Shown here: piece by piece, positions 1-9,282 of the stretch
Position numbering within the stretch: the first letter of the stretch is position 1
Layout: every line of letters begins with the position of its first letter
Source: Blastocatellia bacterium
Lineage (GTDB): Bacteria; Acidobacteriota; Blastocatellia; UBA7656
Assembly (NCBI GenBank): GCA_045807725.1
Contig: JBJMGV010000116.1
Span: 4,357 to 68,356, forward strand
Direction: 5' to 3'
Length of the DNA: 64,000 nt
Made by a program: the position numbers and the translations under genes
The notes under the pieces: generated by a model
The model's database searches: none
What the model saw: the letters and a program-made list of their open reading frames with translations, nothing else
Told to the model about the DNA's origin: nothing

Positions 1-294
1 ACGCTCGGCGTGCTCGCCTACATCACGCGTATGTCCGTAGCCGGCCAGCCCCTCGCAAGCGTCGCCGATTTCTTCGCGCGGATGACGCTCGCGCCGTTGT
101 CGTCATTAACGCTGCAACAGCCGGTTGAGCCGATGATCTCGCTCACCGCCGCGCACCTTGTGGTTGGTGCGCTAACAGTGGCGACGCTCGTCGTGCTGAC
201 GCTGCGCAGTTATCAAGTGCTCGCGCCGCAGCCGGCAGCCGATTCGACAGGCGCGAATGCGCTTGCATCATCACCCCGAAAGGCAGCAGTATAA
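1..294 (+). CDS. ctaA: Heme A synthase (COX15/CtaA), C-terminal fragment; gene begins before the window
   Basis: Frame is open from base 1; hydrophobic helix with 'TAAHLVVGAL' (HxxxG); directly upstream of heme O synthase. Confidence 0.65.
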   Translation, partial: TLGVLAYITRMSVAGQPLASVADFFARMTLAPLSSLTLQQPVEPMISLTAAHLVVGALTVATLVVLTLRSYQVLAPQPAADSTGANALASSPRKAAV

Positions 295-299
295 GCGGT

Positions 300-1223
300 A
301 TGGAATCTCTCGCAGAGCAGGCCGTGAGCGATGATCTGTTGATCGCCGCGCCGTCACAAAAACAAACGAGGGCCGCAAAGCTCGCCACTTACCTCGACCT
401 CACGAAGCCGCGCATCACGATGCTGGTGACGGCGACGGCGGCTGCCGGTTTTTGCCTCGGCTCGGTTAGTGGCATAGATTACTTACGCTTCTTTCACACG
501 TCGCTCGGCATCGCGCTGCTATCTTCGGGCATCGGCGCGCTCAATCAATACATCGAGCGCGACCTCGACCGATTGATGCGCCGCACCGAGATGCGCCCGC
601 TGCCTTCGGGCAAGCTGGAGCCGCGTCAGGCATTGCGCTTCGGCGTCGCGCTGTCGGTTCTCGCTACGCTTTATCTCGCCGTCTTCGTCAATCCGCTGTC
701 AGCGGCGCTCGGCGTGTTGACCTTTGCGGCGTACCTGTTCGCCTACACGCCGCTGAAGACGCGCACGACGCTTTCGACAATCATCGGCGCGTTCCCCGGC
801 GCGATGCCGCCTTTCATCGGCTGGGCGGCAGCAAGCGGTCACATCACCATCGAGGCGTGGATACTATTCGCCATACTTTTTCTCTGGCAGTTCCCGCACT
901 TTCTCGCCATCGCCTGGATGTATCGAGATGATTACGCGCGCGCCGGCATTATGATGTTGCCTGTGGTCGAACCCGATGGCCGCATCACCGGCCAGCAGAT
1001 CATCGCCTACACGGCGCTGCTCGTGCCCGTCAGCCTGATGCCGACATTGGTCCACTTAGCGGGCGTGGTCTACTTCTTCGGAGCGCTGGCGCTCGGACTG
1101 TGGTTCCTCTATTACAGCGTACGCACGGCGCGCAATCGGACGACGTGGCAAGCGCGCAAGCTGCTGCTCGCCTCTGTGCTCTACCTGCCGGCGCTGTTCG
1201 CCTTGATGGTGCTCAACCGATAG
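300..1223 (+). CDS. ctaB: Protoheme IX farnesyltransferase (heme O synthase)
   Basis: 'LTKPRIT', 'NQYIERDLDRLMRRTEMRPLPSG', 'YTPLK', 'LWQFPHFLAIAW..RDDY' UbiA/CyoE motifs. Confidence 0.97.
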   Translation: MESLAEQAVSDDLLIAAPSQKQTRAAKLATYLDLTKPRITMLVTATAAAGFCLGSVSGIDYLRFFHTSLGIALLSSGIGALNQYIERDLDRLMRRTEMRPLPSGKLEPRQALRFGVALSVLATLYLAVFVNPLSAALGVLTFAAYLFAYTPLKTRTTLSTIIGAFPGAMPPFIGWAAASGHITIEAWILFAILFLWQFPHFLAIAWMYRDDYARAGIMMLPVVEPDGRITGQQIIAYTALLVPVSLMPTLVHLAGVVYFFGALALGLWFLYYSVRTARNRTTWQARKLLLASVLYLPALFALMVLNR

Positions 1224-1230
1224 GGTTGTG

Positions 1231-2070
1231 ATGGGCAAAGCGCTCGCCTTGATGCTGACGTTGCTGACGGCGGCTGGGGTATGGATGTTTGCCGGCCAGC
1301 GCGCATTGTGGTTCCCCGAAAACATTTCAGCCGATGGCGCGTTGATCGACGCGCAATTCACGCGCACCTTCATCATCGTTGGCCTTGCGTTTGTCGCCGT
1401 GCAATTGGCGCTCGGTTATGCGGTGTGGCGATTCCGCCGCCGCACGGATGCGCGCGCCGCTCACCTGCGCGGCAGCAACAAGCTCGAAGCGGCGTGGACT
1501 CTCTTCACCGCCGTTGTGTTTATTGCGCTCGCCGTGATGGGCCAGCGCCTCTGGTCGCGCTTGCAATTGACGAGCGCGGCGCAAAGCGCATCGCAAGCTG
1601 ATGCCGTGCGCGTAAACCTCGTCGCCCAGCAATTCCAATTCACGTTTCATTACGCTGGCGCGGATGGCGCGTTCGGCAAGACTGCGCCAGCATTTTATAA
1701 TGACGCGCTGGGAAATTACGCGGGCCTTGATCCGACCGATGCAGCGGGCCGAGACGATTCGCAACTGCCGACGCTGGTCGTTCCCGAAGGCCGCAACGTC
1801 GAACTCACGATGCGCTCGCGCGATGTGATTCACAACTTCTTCGTGCCGGCTATGCGCATCAAGCGAGACATCGTGCCCGGCTTAACCATCAGCCTGCGCT
1901 TCACCGCCAACAAAGTGGGACGATATGAAATCCCCTGCGCCGAGCTTTGCGGTAGCGGACATTACAAAATGAAAAGCTGGATGATCGTCGTGTCGGCGGA
2001 TGATTACACCGCGATGATGCAGATGAGCAAAGCGCAATTCCGCGCCCGCGTCGAAGAGTTGTTGAGGTAA
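1231..2070 (+). CDS. coxB: Cytochrome c oxidase subunit II (CuA; no fused cytochrome c)
   Basis: Two TM helices, 'DVIHNFF', CuA motif 'CAELCGSGHYKM'; start could be GTG 1228. Confidence 0.95.
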   Translation: MGKALALMLTLLTAAGVWMFAGQRALWFPENISADGALIDAQFTRTFIIVGLAFVAVQLALGYAVWRFRRRTDARAAHLRGSNKLEAAWTLFTAVVFIALAVMGQRLWSRLQLTSAAQSASQADAVRVNLVAQQFQFTFHYAGADGAFGKTAPAFYNDALGNYAGLDPTDAAGRDDSQLPTLVVPEGRNVELTMRSRDVIHNFFVPAMRIKRDIVPGLTISLRFTANKVGRYEIPCAELCGSGHYKMKSWMIVVSADDYTAMMQMSKAQFRARVEELLR

Positions 2071-2205
2071 CGAGAGAACCTGATTCGCAACTTGCTCCTG
2101 ATACCAACTTGCGCTTTGAAATGAGATGACGATTTGTCAAAAATCGCAGGAATATTGAATCTGCTGGCTGATTTCTTCACCTCACTTCGATATGCAAGTC
2201 GGTAT

Positions 2206-2325
2206 GATTTCGCAACTTGCTCCCGATTTCGCAACTTGCTCCCGATTTCGCAACTGGCTCTTGATTTCGCAGCTTGCTCCTGATTTCGCAGCTTGCTCTT
2301 GATTCGCAGCTTGCTCCTGATTTCA
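2206..2325. repeat. 19-bp tandem repeat (GATTTCGCA(A/G)CTTGCTCYY), six units plus a partial seventh; isolated copy at about 2081-2101
   Basis: Units start at 2206, 2225, 2244, 2263, 2282, 2301 (18 bp) and 2319 (partial). Confidence 0.95.
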
Positions 2326-2445
2326 TAGCCCGCTTCAGCGGGCTTTCCCGCAGGGCAATTAGGCCAGCCCTTTTAGGGCTGGTTCACAGAGGCGTTATAA
2401 ACCCATAGCCCGTTTTAACGGGCTTGCCACATTCGGCTTTAGCCC
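2326..2445. repeat. Cluster of REP-like palindromes (AGCCCGCTTCAGCGGGCT, AGCCCTTTTAGGGCT, AGCCCGTTTTAACGGGCT, GGCTTTAGCC)
   Basis: Short GC-stem palindromes read directly in the coxB-coxA spacer. Confidence 0.7.
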
Positions 2446-2464
2446 CTGACTAACACAAAATAAA

Positions 2465-4270
2465 ATGGCAGATGTCATCAAGCCAATTCCTGAAGACGCG
2501 CCGCCGAGGTCAAAGAGTTTCGTGCGCCGTTACGTCTTCAGCACCGATCATAAAATCATCGGCATTCAATACTGGCTGCTGGCGCTCGTTTCGGTTGTGC
2601 TCGGAATGGCGCTATCGGCGTTGATGCGCCTGCAACTGGCGTGGCCCGGCGAGCGCTTCGCCTTGCTCAAAGCCATCTTCCCGCACGCCGCCGCCGGCGG
2701 CAATATCTCGCCCGATCTTTACCTGTCGCTGGTCACGATGCACGGCACGATTATGATCTTCTTCGTGCTGACGACTGCGCCGCAGGGCGGCTTCGGCAAT
2801 CTCATCCTGCCGCTTCAGATCGGCGCGCGCGAGATGGCTTTCCCTGTTCTCAATATGCTGTCGTTCTGGCTGACGTTCGTCGCGCTGCTCGTGTTGCTCG
2901 CGGCCTTCTTCGTCTCTGCGCCGAACGTGATCGGGCCGATAGCCGGATGGACGATGTACCCGCCGCTAAGCGCGGTCGGCGAAATCAGCGGGCCGGGGCA
3001 GGGCACAGGCGTCGTGCTCTGGCTGTTGAGCATCGCCATCTTTTGCGTCGCGTCATTGCTCGGCTCGATCAACTTCATCACGACGGTGTTGAAGATGCGC
3101 GCGCCGGGGATGACGCCTATGCGTTTGCCGCTCACGTGCTGGGCGTGGTTCACGAGCGCCGGCATCGCGCTGCTGTCGTTCCCCGTTTTGCTGGCCGCAG
3201 GCATTCTGTTGCTTTGCGATCATCTGATCGGCACGCGCTTCTTCATCCCCGCGAGCCTCTACGTCAGCGGCCAGTTGATGACGGATGAAGCGGGCGGCTC
3301 GCCCATCTTGTGGCAACACCTCTTCTGGTTCTTCGGCCACCCGGAAGTCTATCTCGCCATCCTGCCGGGGATGGGATTGACTTCGCATTTGCTGGCCACC
3401 TTCGCGCGCAAGCCGGTCTTCGGTTATCGCGCGATGGTGGCGGCGACGTTCGGCATCGGCTTGCTCGGCTTTTTGATCTGGGGCCATCATATGTTCGTCA
3501 GCGGCATGAGTCCGTACGCGGCGACAGCCTTCTCGTTGCTCACGCTGGTCATCGCCGTGCCATCGGCAGTCAAGACATTCAACTGGCTCGGCACGCTCTG
3601 GCGCGGCCAGATTCGCTTCACGACGCCGATGTTATTTTCGTTGGGCTTCGTCTCGCTCTTCGTCTCAGGCGGATTGACGGGATTGTTTCTAGGACAGGCG
3701 GCAATAGACATTCCGCTGCACGACACCTATTTCGTAGTCGCGCACTTTCATTTGATAATGGGCGTCGCCGCCGTCTTCGCGCTATTTGCCGGAACCTACT
3801 TCTGGTTTCCAAAGATGTTTGGCCGGATGATGAGCGAGCGGCTCGGACGCATTCATTTCGTGATGACGTTTGTCGGCGTCTATGCCGTCTTTATGCCGAT
3901 GTACTTGATGGGCATCGCCGGAGCGCCGCGCCGTTACGCGTTCCATTACAACCCGACGACCGGCGAAGGCTTGCAGTATCTGGCCGGCATGGTTCCGGTG
4001 ACGCGCTTTATCTCGTACGCGGCGTTCGTTACCATCGCGGCGCAGTTCATCTTCTTGTTCAACCTCGCGTGGAGCTATTGGCGCGGGCCGGCTGCTACGG
4101 CCAATCCCTGGCAAGCGACGACGCTCGAATGGTCCCAGCCGTCAGCGGCAGAAGGGATGAATCAAGCGCCGGTCGTCTATCGCGGCCCTTACGAATTCAG
4201 CGTGCCCGACGCGCCGCGCGACTTTATTCTGCAAGACGAGCCGCCCGCTTCAACGCCCAAGCAGTCGTGA
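2465..4270 (+). CDS. coxA: Cytochrome c oxidase subunit I, type A1
   Basis: 'STDHKIIG', 'TMHGTIM', 'WFFGHPEVY', 'WGHHM', 'HDTYFVVAHFH'. Confidence 0.98.
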   Translation: MADVIKPIPEDAPPRSKSFVRRYVFSTDHKIIGIQYWLLALVSVVLGMALSALMRLQLAWPGERFALLKAIFPHAAAGGNISPDLYLSLVTMHGTIMIFFVLTTAPQGGFGNLILPLQIGAREMAFPVLNMLSFWLTFVALLVLLAAFFVSAPNVIGPIAGWTMYPPLSAVGEISGPGQGTGVVLWLLSIAIFCVASLLGSINFITTVLKMRAPGMTPMRLPLTCWAWFTSAGIALLSFPVLLAAGILLLCDHLIGTRFFIPASLYVSGQLMTDEAGGSPILWQHLFWFFGHPEVYLAILPGMGLTSHLLATFARKPVFGYRAMVAATFGIGLLGFLIWGHHMFVSGMSPYAATAFSLLTLVIAVPSAVKTFNWLGTLWRGQIRFTTPMLFSLGFVSLFVSGGLTGLFLGQAAIDIPLHDTYFVVAHFHLIMGVAAVFALFAGTYFWFPKMFGRMMSERLGRIHFVMTFVGVYAVFMPMYLMGIAGAPRRYAFHYNPTTGEGLQYLAGMVPVTRFISYAAFVTIAAQFIFLFNLAWSYWRGPAATANPWQATTLEWSQPSAAEGMNQAPVVYRGPYEFSVPDAPRDFILQDEPPASTPKQS

Positions 4271-4374
4271 GCAGTCGCCTTGAACTTCTCGTCGTTAGCA
4301 TTCGCGCATCCGATTTGCGACTTGCCACATCAACCATTAATCTGTGAATAAGTGGTCGGAGTCGTAGTTGCAAA

Positions 4375-5079
4375 ATGAGCACGACAGTAACATCAGACAA
4401 CAGAATCAAGGGTGCGAGCGTCGGCGCGGGCGTACGCGGCCCGGGCGGCGGCGGCAATTCGCGCAAGCCGGGCGGCGGCAGCGATGACATCTGGCCGCCG
4501 GGCTTCACGCGCGACGACGCCATCGAGCCGAATAAGTTCCGCATAGGCATGTGGGTGGCGATGGCCAGCATCGTGATGCTGTTCGTCTCGCTCACCAGCG
4601 CCTACGTCTTGCGCCAGTCGAGAGGACTGAGCGAAGCGCACGACTGGTTTCCGCTGCATATGCCGGGTGTGTTATGGCTGACAACCGCATTGTTATTGGC
4701 GAGCAGCGTCACCATCGAGATGGCAAGGCGGTCATTGCGCCGCAGCCGCTACGGCTGGTTTCGTCTCTTGATTAGCTTGACGGCGTTGCTTGGCCTTGGA
4801 TTCCTGGTCGGCCAGTTGCGCGCGTGGCTGGTTCTGGTCGCGCAAGGCGTTTACGTCTACAGTCATCCGCACAGCTCGTTCTTTTACATCCTGACCAGCC
4901 TGCACGCGATTCACCTGATTGGCGGGCTGATCGCGCTGCTGATCGTTACAGTGGCAGCGCTCCGCATGCGCATCACCCGCAGCAAGCGTAACGCCGTAGA
5001 CGTGACCGTCCTTTACTGGCACTTCATGGACGTGCTGTGGATTTATCTTTTCGTGCTGTTATTCTTCTACAAGCAATGA
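4375..5079 (+). CDS. coxC: Cytochrome c oxidase subunit III (short form)
   Basis: 'SFFYILTSLHAIHLIGG', 'LYWHFMDVLWIYLF'. Confidence 0.93.
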   Translation: MSTTVTSDNRIKGASVGAGVRGPGGGGNSRKPGGGSDDIWPPGFTRDDAIEPNKFRIGMWVAMASIVMLFVSLTSAYVLRQSRGLSEAHDWFPLHMPGVLWLTTALLLASSVTIEMARRSLRRSRYGWFRLLISLTALLGLGFLVGQLRAWLVLVAQGVYVYSHPHSSFFYILTSLHAIHLIGGLIALLIVTVAALRMRITRSKRNAVDVTVLYWHFMDVLWIYLFVLLFFYKQ

Positions 5080-5381
5080 GACAAGCGATGACCCGCCGCA
5101 TCTTTTCATTCTTGATGCTTGCCGCTTTTGTGATCGCGGTGACGAGCCGTGATGCGCTGGCGTTTTGCCCGATGTGCCGGACGACGCTTGAAGGCGCGAC
5201 CGGCGCGCAGCAAGCCGCCGACAGCTTGAGCCTCGCCGCGCTCGTCTTGCTTGCGCCGCCGGTGATGATCTTTGCGGCGCTGTTCGGATTATTTTATCGC
5301 CTACGTAATGCGAGCGGAGAAAACGGGCCAGCCAATGAAGAGAAGGTTGAGCGAACACCTGCCCCCGCGTTGACTGGGTAG
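5076..5381 (+). CDS. Small membrane protein with signal peptide and CPMC motif
   Basis: ATG overlaps the coxC stop (ATGA); signal-like N-terminus, then 'AFCPMCR' and one TM helix. Confidence 0.75.
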   Translation: MRQAMTRRIFSFLMLAAFVIAVTSRDALAFCPMCRTTLEGATGAQQAADSLSLAALVLLAPPVMIFAALFGLFYRLRNASGENGPANEEKVERTPAPALTG

Positions 5382-5406
5382 CCGCGCGTCGTTATAACGC
5401 TCTTGT

Positions 5407-5844
5407 ATGCCTGTTGAATTGATCCGCTTCCTGCCGACGCTCAACGCGATGTTGAACGCGACGAGCGGCATTCTCTTAATCATCGGATACGTCTTCATTC
5501 GCCGCCGCAACATCAGGGCGCATCGCGCCTGTATGATCGCTGCGCTCACGTCGTCGTCATTGTTTTTGATCTCTTATCTGGTCTATCACTACCACGCCGG
5601 CACGACGCGCTTTGCGGGGATGGGCGCAGCGCGCACGATCTATTTCATCATCCTGACGACGCACACGATATTGGCGGCAGTCATCGTGCCGTTCGTGCTG
5701 GTGACGGCGACGCGGGCATTGCGAGGCCAGTTCGACCGTCATCGAAGAGTAGCGCGCTGGACGCTGCCGATGTGGCTTTACGTTTCCGTCACCGGCGTCA
5801 TCGTCTACCTGATGCTCTATCACTGGTACCCGTCGCGCCTCTGA
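5407..5844 (+). CDS. DUF420 (YozB/CtaM-like) membrane protein
   Basis: 'LPTLNAMLNATS', 'HRACM', 'HRRVARWTLPMWLYVSVTG'; located in the cox operon. Confidence 0.9.
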   Translation: MPVELIRFLPTLNAMLNATSGILLIIGYVFIRRRNIRAHRACMIAALTSSSLFLISYLVYHYHAGTTRFAGMGAARTIYFIILTTHTILAAVIVPFVLVTATRALRGQFDRHRRVARWTLPMWLYVSVTGVIVYLMLYHWYPSRL

Positions 5845-5871
5845 GCGGTGATGCTATGAGCTTTCCCGGTT

Positions 5872-8800
5872 TCAGGTGAAATTATCGTCGTAGAACTGAA
5901 GATTGCGCTCGTCTAACTGCGAACCAAAGCGTTCAAACACCTGCCGCGCCGCTTCCTTCATACCGAACGCCTTGCAGCACTGGAAGAACCTTAAGACCGG
6001 AGCCTGAAAATATCGGCTGAAGCGAAACCCCGGCTGCGCAATAAACTCCTCGAACCGCCGCCTGCACTCGTCTTTTTTTCGTTGCCGCCTCCAGATTGCA
6101 AGAAGCTCCGACAGTGCATGATCGTTTAGCGAATCAATAGCCAAAGCTTCTTCGGCTCTTTGCTCAGCTTCGATGAGCCTACCCTGCCGCTGATAGATTC
6201 TTGCCAACTCGATGCGTGGGTGAAGACCATTAGGATCGAGTTCAATGTACTCTTCCAGCCTCTTTATTGCTTCAGCCCATCTGCTCTGCCGCTGGTAAAT
6301 CTTGGCTAGCTCGGTGCGCGCTTGCAGGTCGTTCGGTTCTAGCTTGAGGAGTTCCATCAATACGGCTTCAGCCTCAGCGAGCTTGCCCTGCCGCTGGTAA
6401 ATCTTGGCTAGCTCGGTGCGGGAATTCAGATCATTCCATCGTATTTCAAGGACTCTGAGAAGTACAGCTTCAGCTTCGGCAAGTTTGCCCTGCCGCTGGT
6501 AGATCTTGGCCAGCTCGGTGCGCGGGTGAAGACCATTGGGTTCGAGTTCAATGTACTCCTCAAGCCTCTTTATTGCTTCAGCCCATCTGCTCTGCCGCTG
6601 GTAAATCTTGGCTAGCTCGGTGCGCGCTTGCAGGTTACTTGTGTCGAGCTTGAGTAGCCTTAGCAATAGGGCTTCAGCCTCGGCGAGCTTGCCCTGCCGC
6701 TGGTAAATCTTGGCTAGCTCGGTGCGCGCTTGCAGGTCGTTCGGTTCTAGCTTGAGGAGTTCCATCAATACGGCTTCAGCCTCAGCGAGCTTGCCCTGCC
6801 GCTGGTAAATCTTGGCTAGCTCGGTGCGGGAATTCAGATCATTCCGTCGTATTTCAAGGACTCTGAGAAGTACAGCTTCAGCTTCGGCAAGTTTGCCCTG
6901 CCGCTGGTAAATCTTCGATAATTCAGTGCGAGCTTGCAGATTGTTTGGATCGAGTTGAAGAAGGTCCAGCAAAACGGCTTCAGCTTGTGCCTGTTTACTC
7001 TGCCTTTGATAAACCTTGGCTAGTTCAGTGCGGGAATTTAGATCGTTGGGTTTCCTATCCAGCACTTCCAGAAGCACGCTTTCCGCTTTATCAAACTCAC
7101 CCTGTCTCTGATATAGCTTTGCCACTTCGGTTCGGCTGTGTAAGTCTTCGGGGTTCTTGGCTAGAAATGCTTCCAAAGCGGCAATCGCTTCTGCTGGTCT
7201 ATCCTCAAATGACAGGAGCCAGAACTTACCGAGATGGAGAGTCGCATTCAGCTTGCGAGAGAGAGCCACCTTGTCGCGGAGGTATCCGTCCAGCAGGAAG
7301 GTGACGAGTTGCTGGAACTTAATATGAGCGTTCTCTGCCGTGTAGTTCTTCTTCGCGCCAAAGATATTCACCAATGCCTGGGATTCGACTGCATCGCTGA
7401 AATCAATCGCTTCGCAGCATTCCATCAATAGCTCAGTCTCATCGAACTCGCCATGCTCACCAAAGAAGATTTCGGAAATGATCTCGTGCTTGGTTCGCAC
7501 GTGGACATGCTTGCGGTAGCTCTCGTCTCTTCTTTCATCCACGATGATCGGCTCGTTCACCAAGCCGCGAAATCGCTCCAGAAATCTCGCTTGCTGCTCG
7601 TCGCTCGCTTTAACGATTCGACTGAGCGCAGTGAACGGCATCCTCACGCCGAACAGATAAAAGAGCGCGATGTACTTGTAGCCTCCGCTGAATGCCGGAA
7701 CCGGCTCGCAGGACTTGCGGTAATCATCCCAGTCGAAGTCGAAATTTATCTTTCGCTTCTTCTTCAACTCAAGCAGGATCGAATACGTCGCGTTGACGTA
7801 AACCAGCCTTTCGTTGAGAACGATCTGATTCAACGTCTCCCGGTCCTCTCCCTCAACTTCGAGAAGTCGAAACAGCTTGTCGTATACCCTTTGCCGCTGC
7901 TGACGGGTGTTGCGAACGGTGATCGGCTCGCGTTCTTCTTCGCCGTGCAGACAGGTCAACGTGTCTGTTCCCCGCAAAGCCTTATAGCGGTGCTCGCGCT
8001 CGGCGAGCAGAACGTGAATCTGCGGGCAAGAATCGGGGAGGCGTTGCAGCAGCGTCTCCAGCGTCTCTTCATCGGCAGCCGGATTGTCTATACAGAGCAC
8101 CGTCTGCTCGGCGGTCGCGCCATACTTGAGCAGTGACAGCACAGACTTGATCTCATCTTTGCTCAAATCGGCTTCGAGATCGAGCATATAAACGTTCTGG
8201 CCGCGCTCGGCCAACTCAACCGCCACCCGGTGAAGAATGGTCGTCTTGCCGCTGCCGCCGGACCCTAGAATCCAAGTCGTGCCGTTGGGGCCAATCGCTT
8301 GAAGCCGGTCGAAGACCTCGCTCATCACCTTCGCGTTGCGCACGTCAATGTCGTTGCAGACCACTCTGAACACGACTTCGTCGCGGTCGTTGATGCGATA
8401 GTACTCCATCGCCAGCTTGTTCAATTCCACCGCATCAGTCGTCCGGGCTTTTGCTATAGTCTGCGGAGTAATCTGTCTGAACCCGACTATCGTTCTTATC
8501 GGACAGAAAGGAAAATAAGTCGGGATCAACGCCTCGGCGTATTCCCAAACTCGCTCGGTGATGATGTCCCAGCCCCAGTATTCTACGGTCGTCGAATCGG
8601 TAGAAAGCGAGGCGGCTTTCTGCTGGAGCTGAGTGTCATTCTTGAACGTCGTCGCAAAGATGAATCGTCGCGGCGCAACCGCCAGCCCGCTCGTCTTCGC
8701 AAACTCCTGCTCCATTTCTTCCAGGAGCTTCCTGCGAAGCGCTTCGTCAGTCTTATATCTCGTGTCCTTCAATTTACACTGAAAGGTGATGCCGGGATTT

Positions 8801-8949
8801 TGCGGCGACAATCCGTCAATCCCGTCTTGCCGCTGGCCCTTCACTCCAAATCGTTCAGCGCCGGGGTCGTTGTAGACGCGGCGGACAATATCACGCACGA
8901 GTCTCTCGAACTGTTCGTCGTCGCTTAACAGAGGTAACTGGTAAGACAT
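5872..8949 (-). CDS. Mrr/Cap4-like PD-(D/E)xK nuclease + STAND P-loop NTPase + TPR array (Avs/NLR-like defence protein)
   Basis: N-terminal 'QFERLVRD..GQRQDGIDG..FQCK'; Walker A 'GSGGSGKT'; Walker B 'VLCIDN'; ten 34-aa 'RTELAKIYQRQ' repeats; ATG 8949 preferred to TTG 9003. Confidence 0.8.
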   Translation of the reverse strand: MSYQLPLLSDDEQFERLVRDIVRRVYNDPGAERFGVKGQRQDGIDGLSPQNPGITFQCKLKDTRYKTDEALRRKLLEEMEQEFAKTSGLAVAPRRFIFATTFKNDTQLQQKAASLSTDSTTVEYWGWDIITERVWEYAEALIPTYFPFCPIRTIVGFRQITPQTIAKARTTDAVELNKLAMEYYRINDRDEVVFRVVCNDIDVRNAKVMSEVFDRLQAIGPNGTTWILGSGGSGKTTILHRVAVELAERGQNVYMLDLEADLSKDEIKSVLSLLKYGATAEQTVLCIDNPAADEETLETLLQRLPDSCPQIHVLLAEREHRYKALRGTDTLTCLHGEEEREPITVRNTRQQRQRVYDKLFRLLEVEGEDRETLNQIVLNERLVYVNATYSILLELKKKRKINFDFDWDDYRKSCEPVPAFSGGYKYIALFYLFGVRMPFTALSRIVKASDEQQARFLERFRGLVNEPIIVDERRDESYRKHVHVRTKHEIISEIFFGEHGEFDETELLMECCEAIDFSDAVESQALVNIFGAKKNYTAENAHIKFQQLVTFLLDGYLRDKVALSRKLNATLHLGKFWLLSFEDRPAEAIAALEAFLAKNPEDLHSRTEVAKLYQRQGEFDKAESVLLEVLDRKPNDLNSRTELAKVYQRQSKQAQAEAVLLDLLQLDPNNLQARTELSKIYQRQGKLAEAEAVLLRVLEIRRNDLNSRTELAKIYQRQGKLAEAEAVLMELLKLEPNDLQARTELAKIYQRQGKLAEAEALLLRLLKLDTSNLQARTELAKIYQRQSRWAEAIKRLEEYIELEPNGLHPRTELAKIYQRQGKLAEAEAVLLRVLEIRWNDLNSRTELAKIYQRQGKLAEAEAVLMELLKLEPNDLQARTELAKIYQRQSRWAEAIKRLEEYIELDPNGLHPRIELARIYQRQGRLIEAEQRAEEALAIDSLNDHALSELLAIWRRQRKKDECRRRFEEFIAQPGFRFSRYFQAPVLRFFQCCKAFGMKEAARQVFERFGSQLDERNLQFYDDNFT
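6118..7137 (-). repeat. Intragenic array of ten 102-bp TPR units, several nearly identical in DNA
   Basis: 6730-6933 nearly matches 6322-6525; 6526-6627 nearly matches 6220-6321; block CTGCCGCTGGTAAATCTTGGCTAGCTCGGTGCG recurs. Confidence 0.95.
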
Positions 8950-9212
8950 AACTTGAATCCGATTGACTGAGGGCGGCACGGAAAGCCAACTGTTGAATTG
9001 CAAGGCGGCGCTTGAGCGTGTTGGTCACAACTGCTATCGGCCAGAATCCAACGCGCCGGATGATGTTAGTGGAATCACAGAATTTGCCGCAACCGGCTTT
9101 CGATTTTCTTAATGCCTGTTATCAACCCAAACTACAAGAATGCGCATGCCGGCCTTTCATTACTTGTCGTCGCAGGACACGGCACAAGGCCGTTCGGTCA
9201 TGCTGCTCATCC

Positions 9213-9250
9213 GTTCGGCGACCGTTGAGATGAATTAACGGTCGCCGAAC
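9213..9250 (-). terminator. 14-bp perfect stem-loop downstream of the caspase gene (possible terminator or 3' stabiliser)
   Basis: GTTCGGCGACCGTT-10 nt-AACGGTCGCCGAAC; no clear U tract. Confidence 0.5.
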
Positions 9251-9282
9251 AGATTGTTCACGCAATAATTGAAGCGGTGTGT

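Noticed and set aside
2206-2325. Possible CRISPR array
   Set aside because: Units are contiguous with no spacers, only 19 bp long, and there are no cas genes.
6118-7137. DGR template/variable repeat pair
   Set aside because: Both copies are in-frame coding units, the difference I checked (CGG versus TGG) is not adenine-specific, and no reverse transcriptase is in the window.
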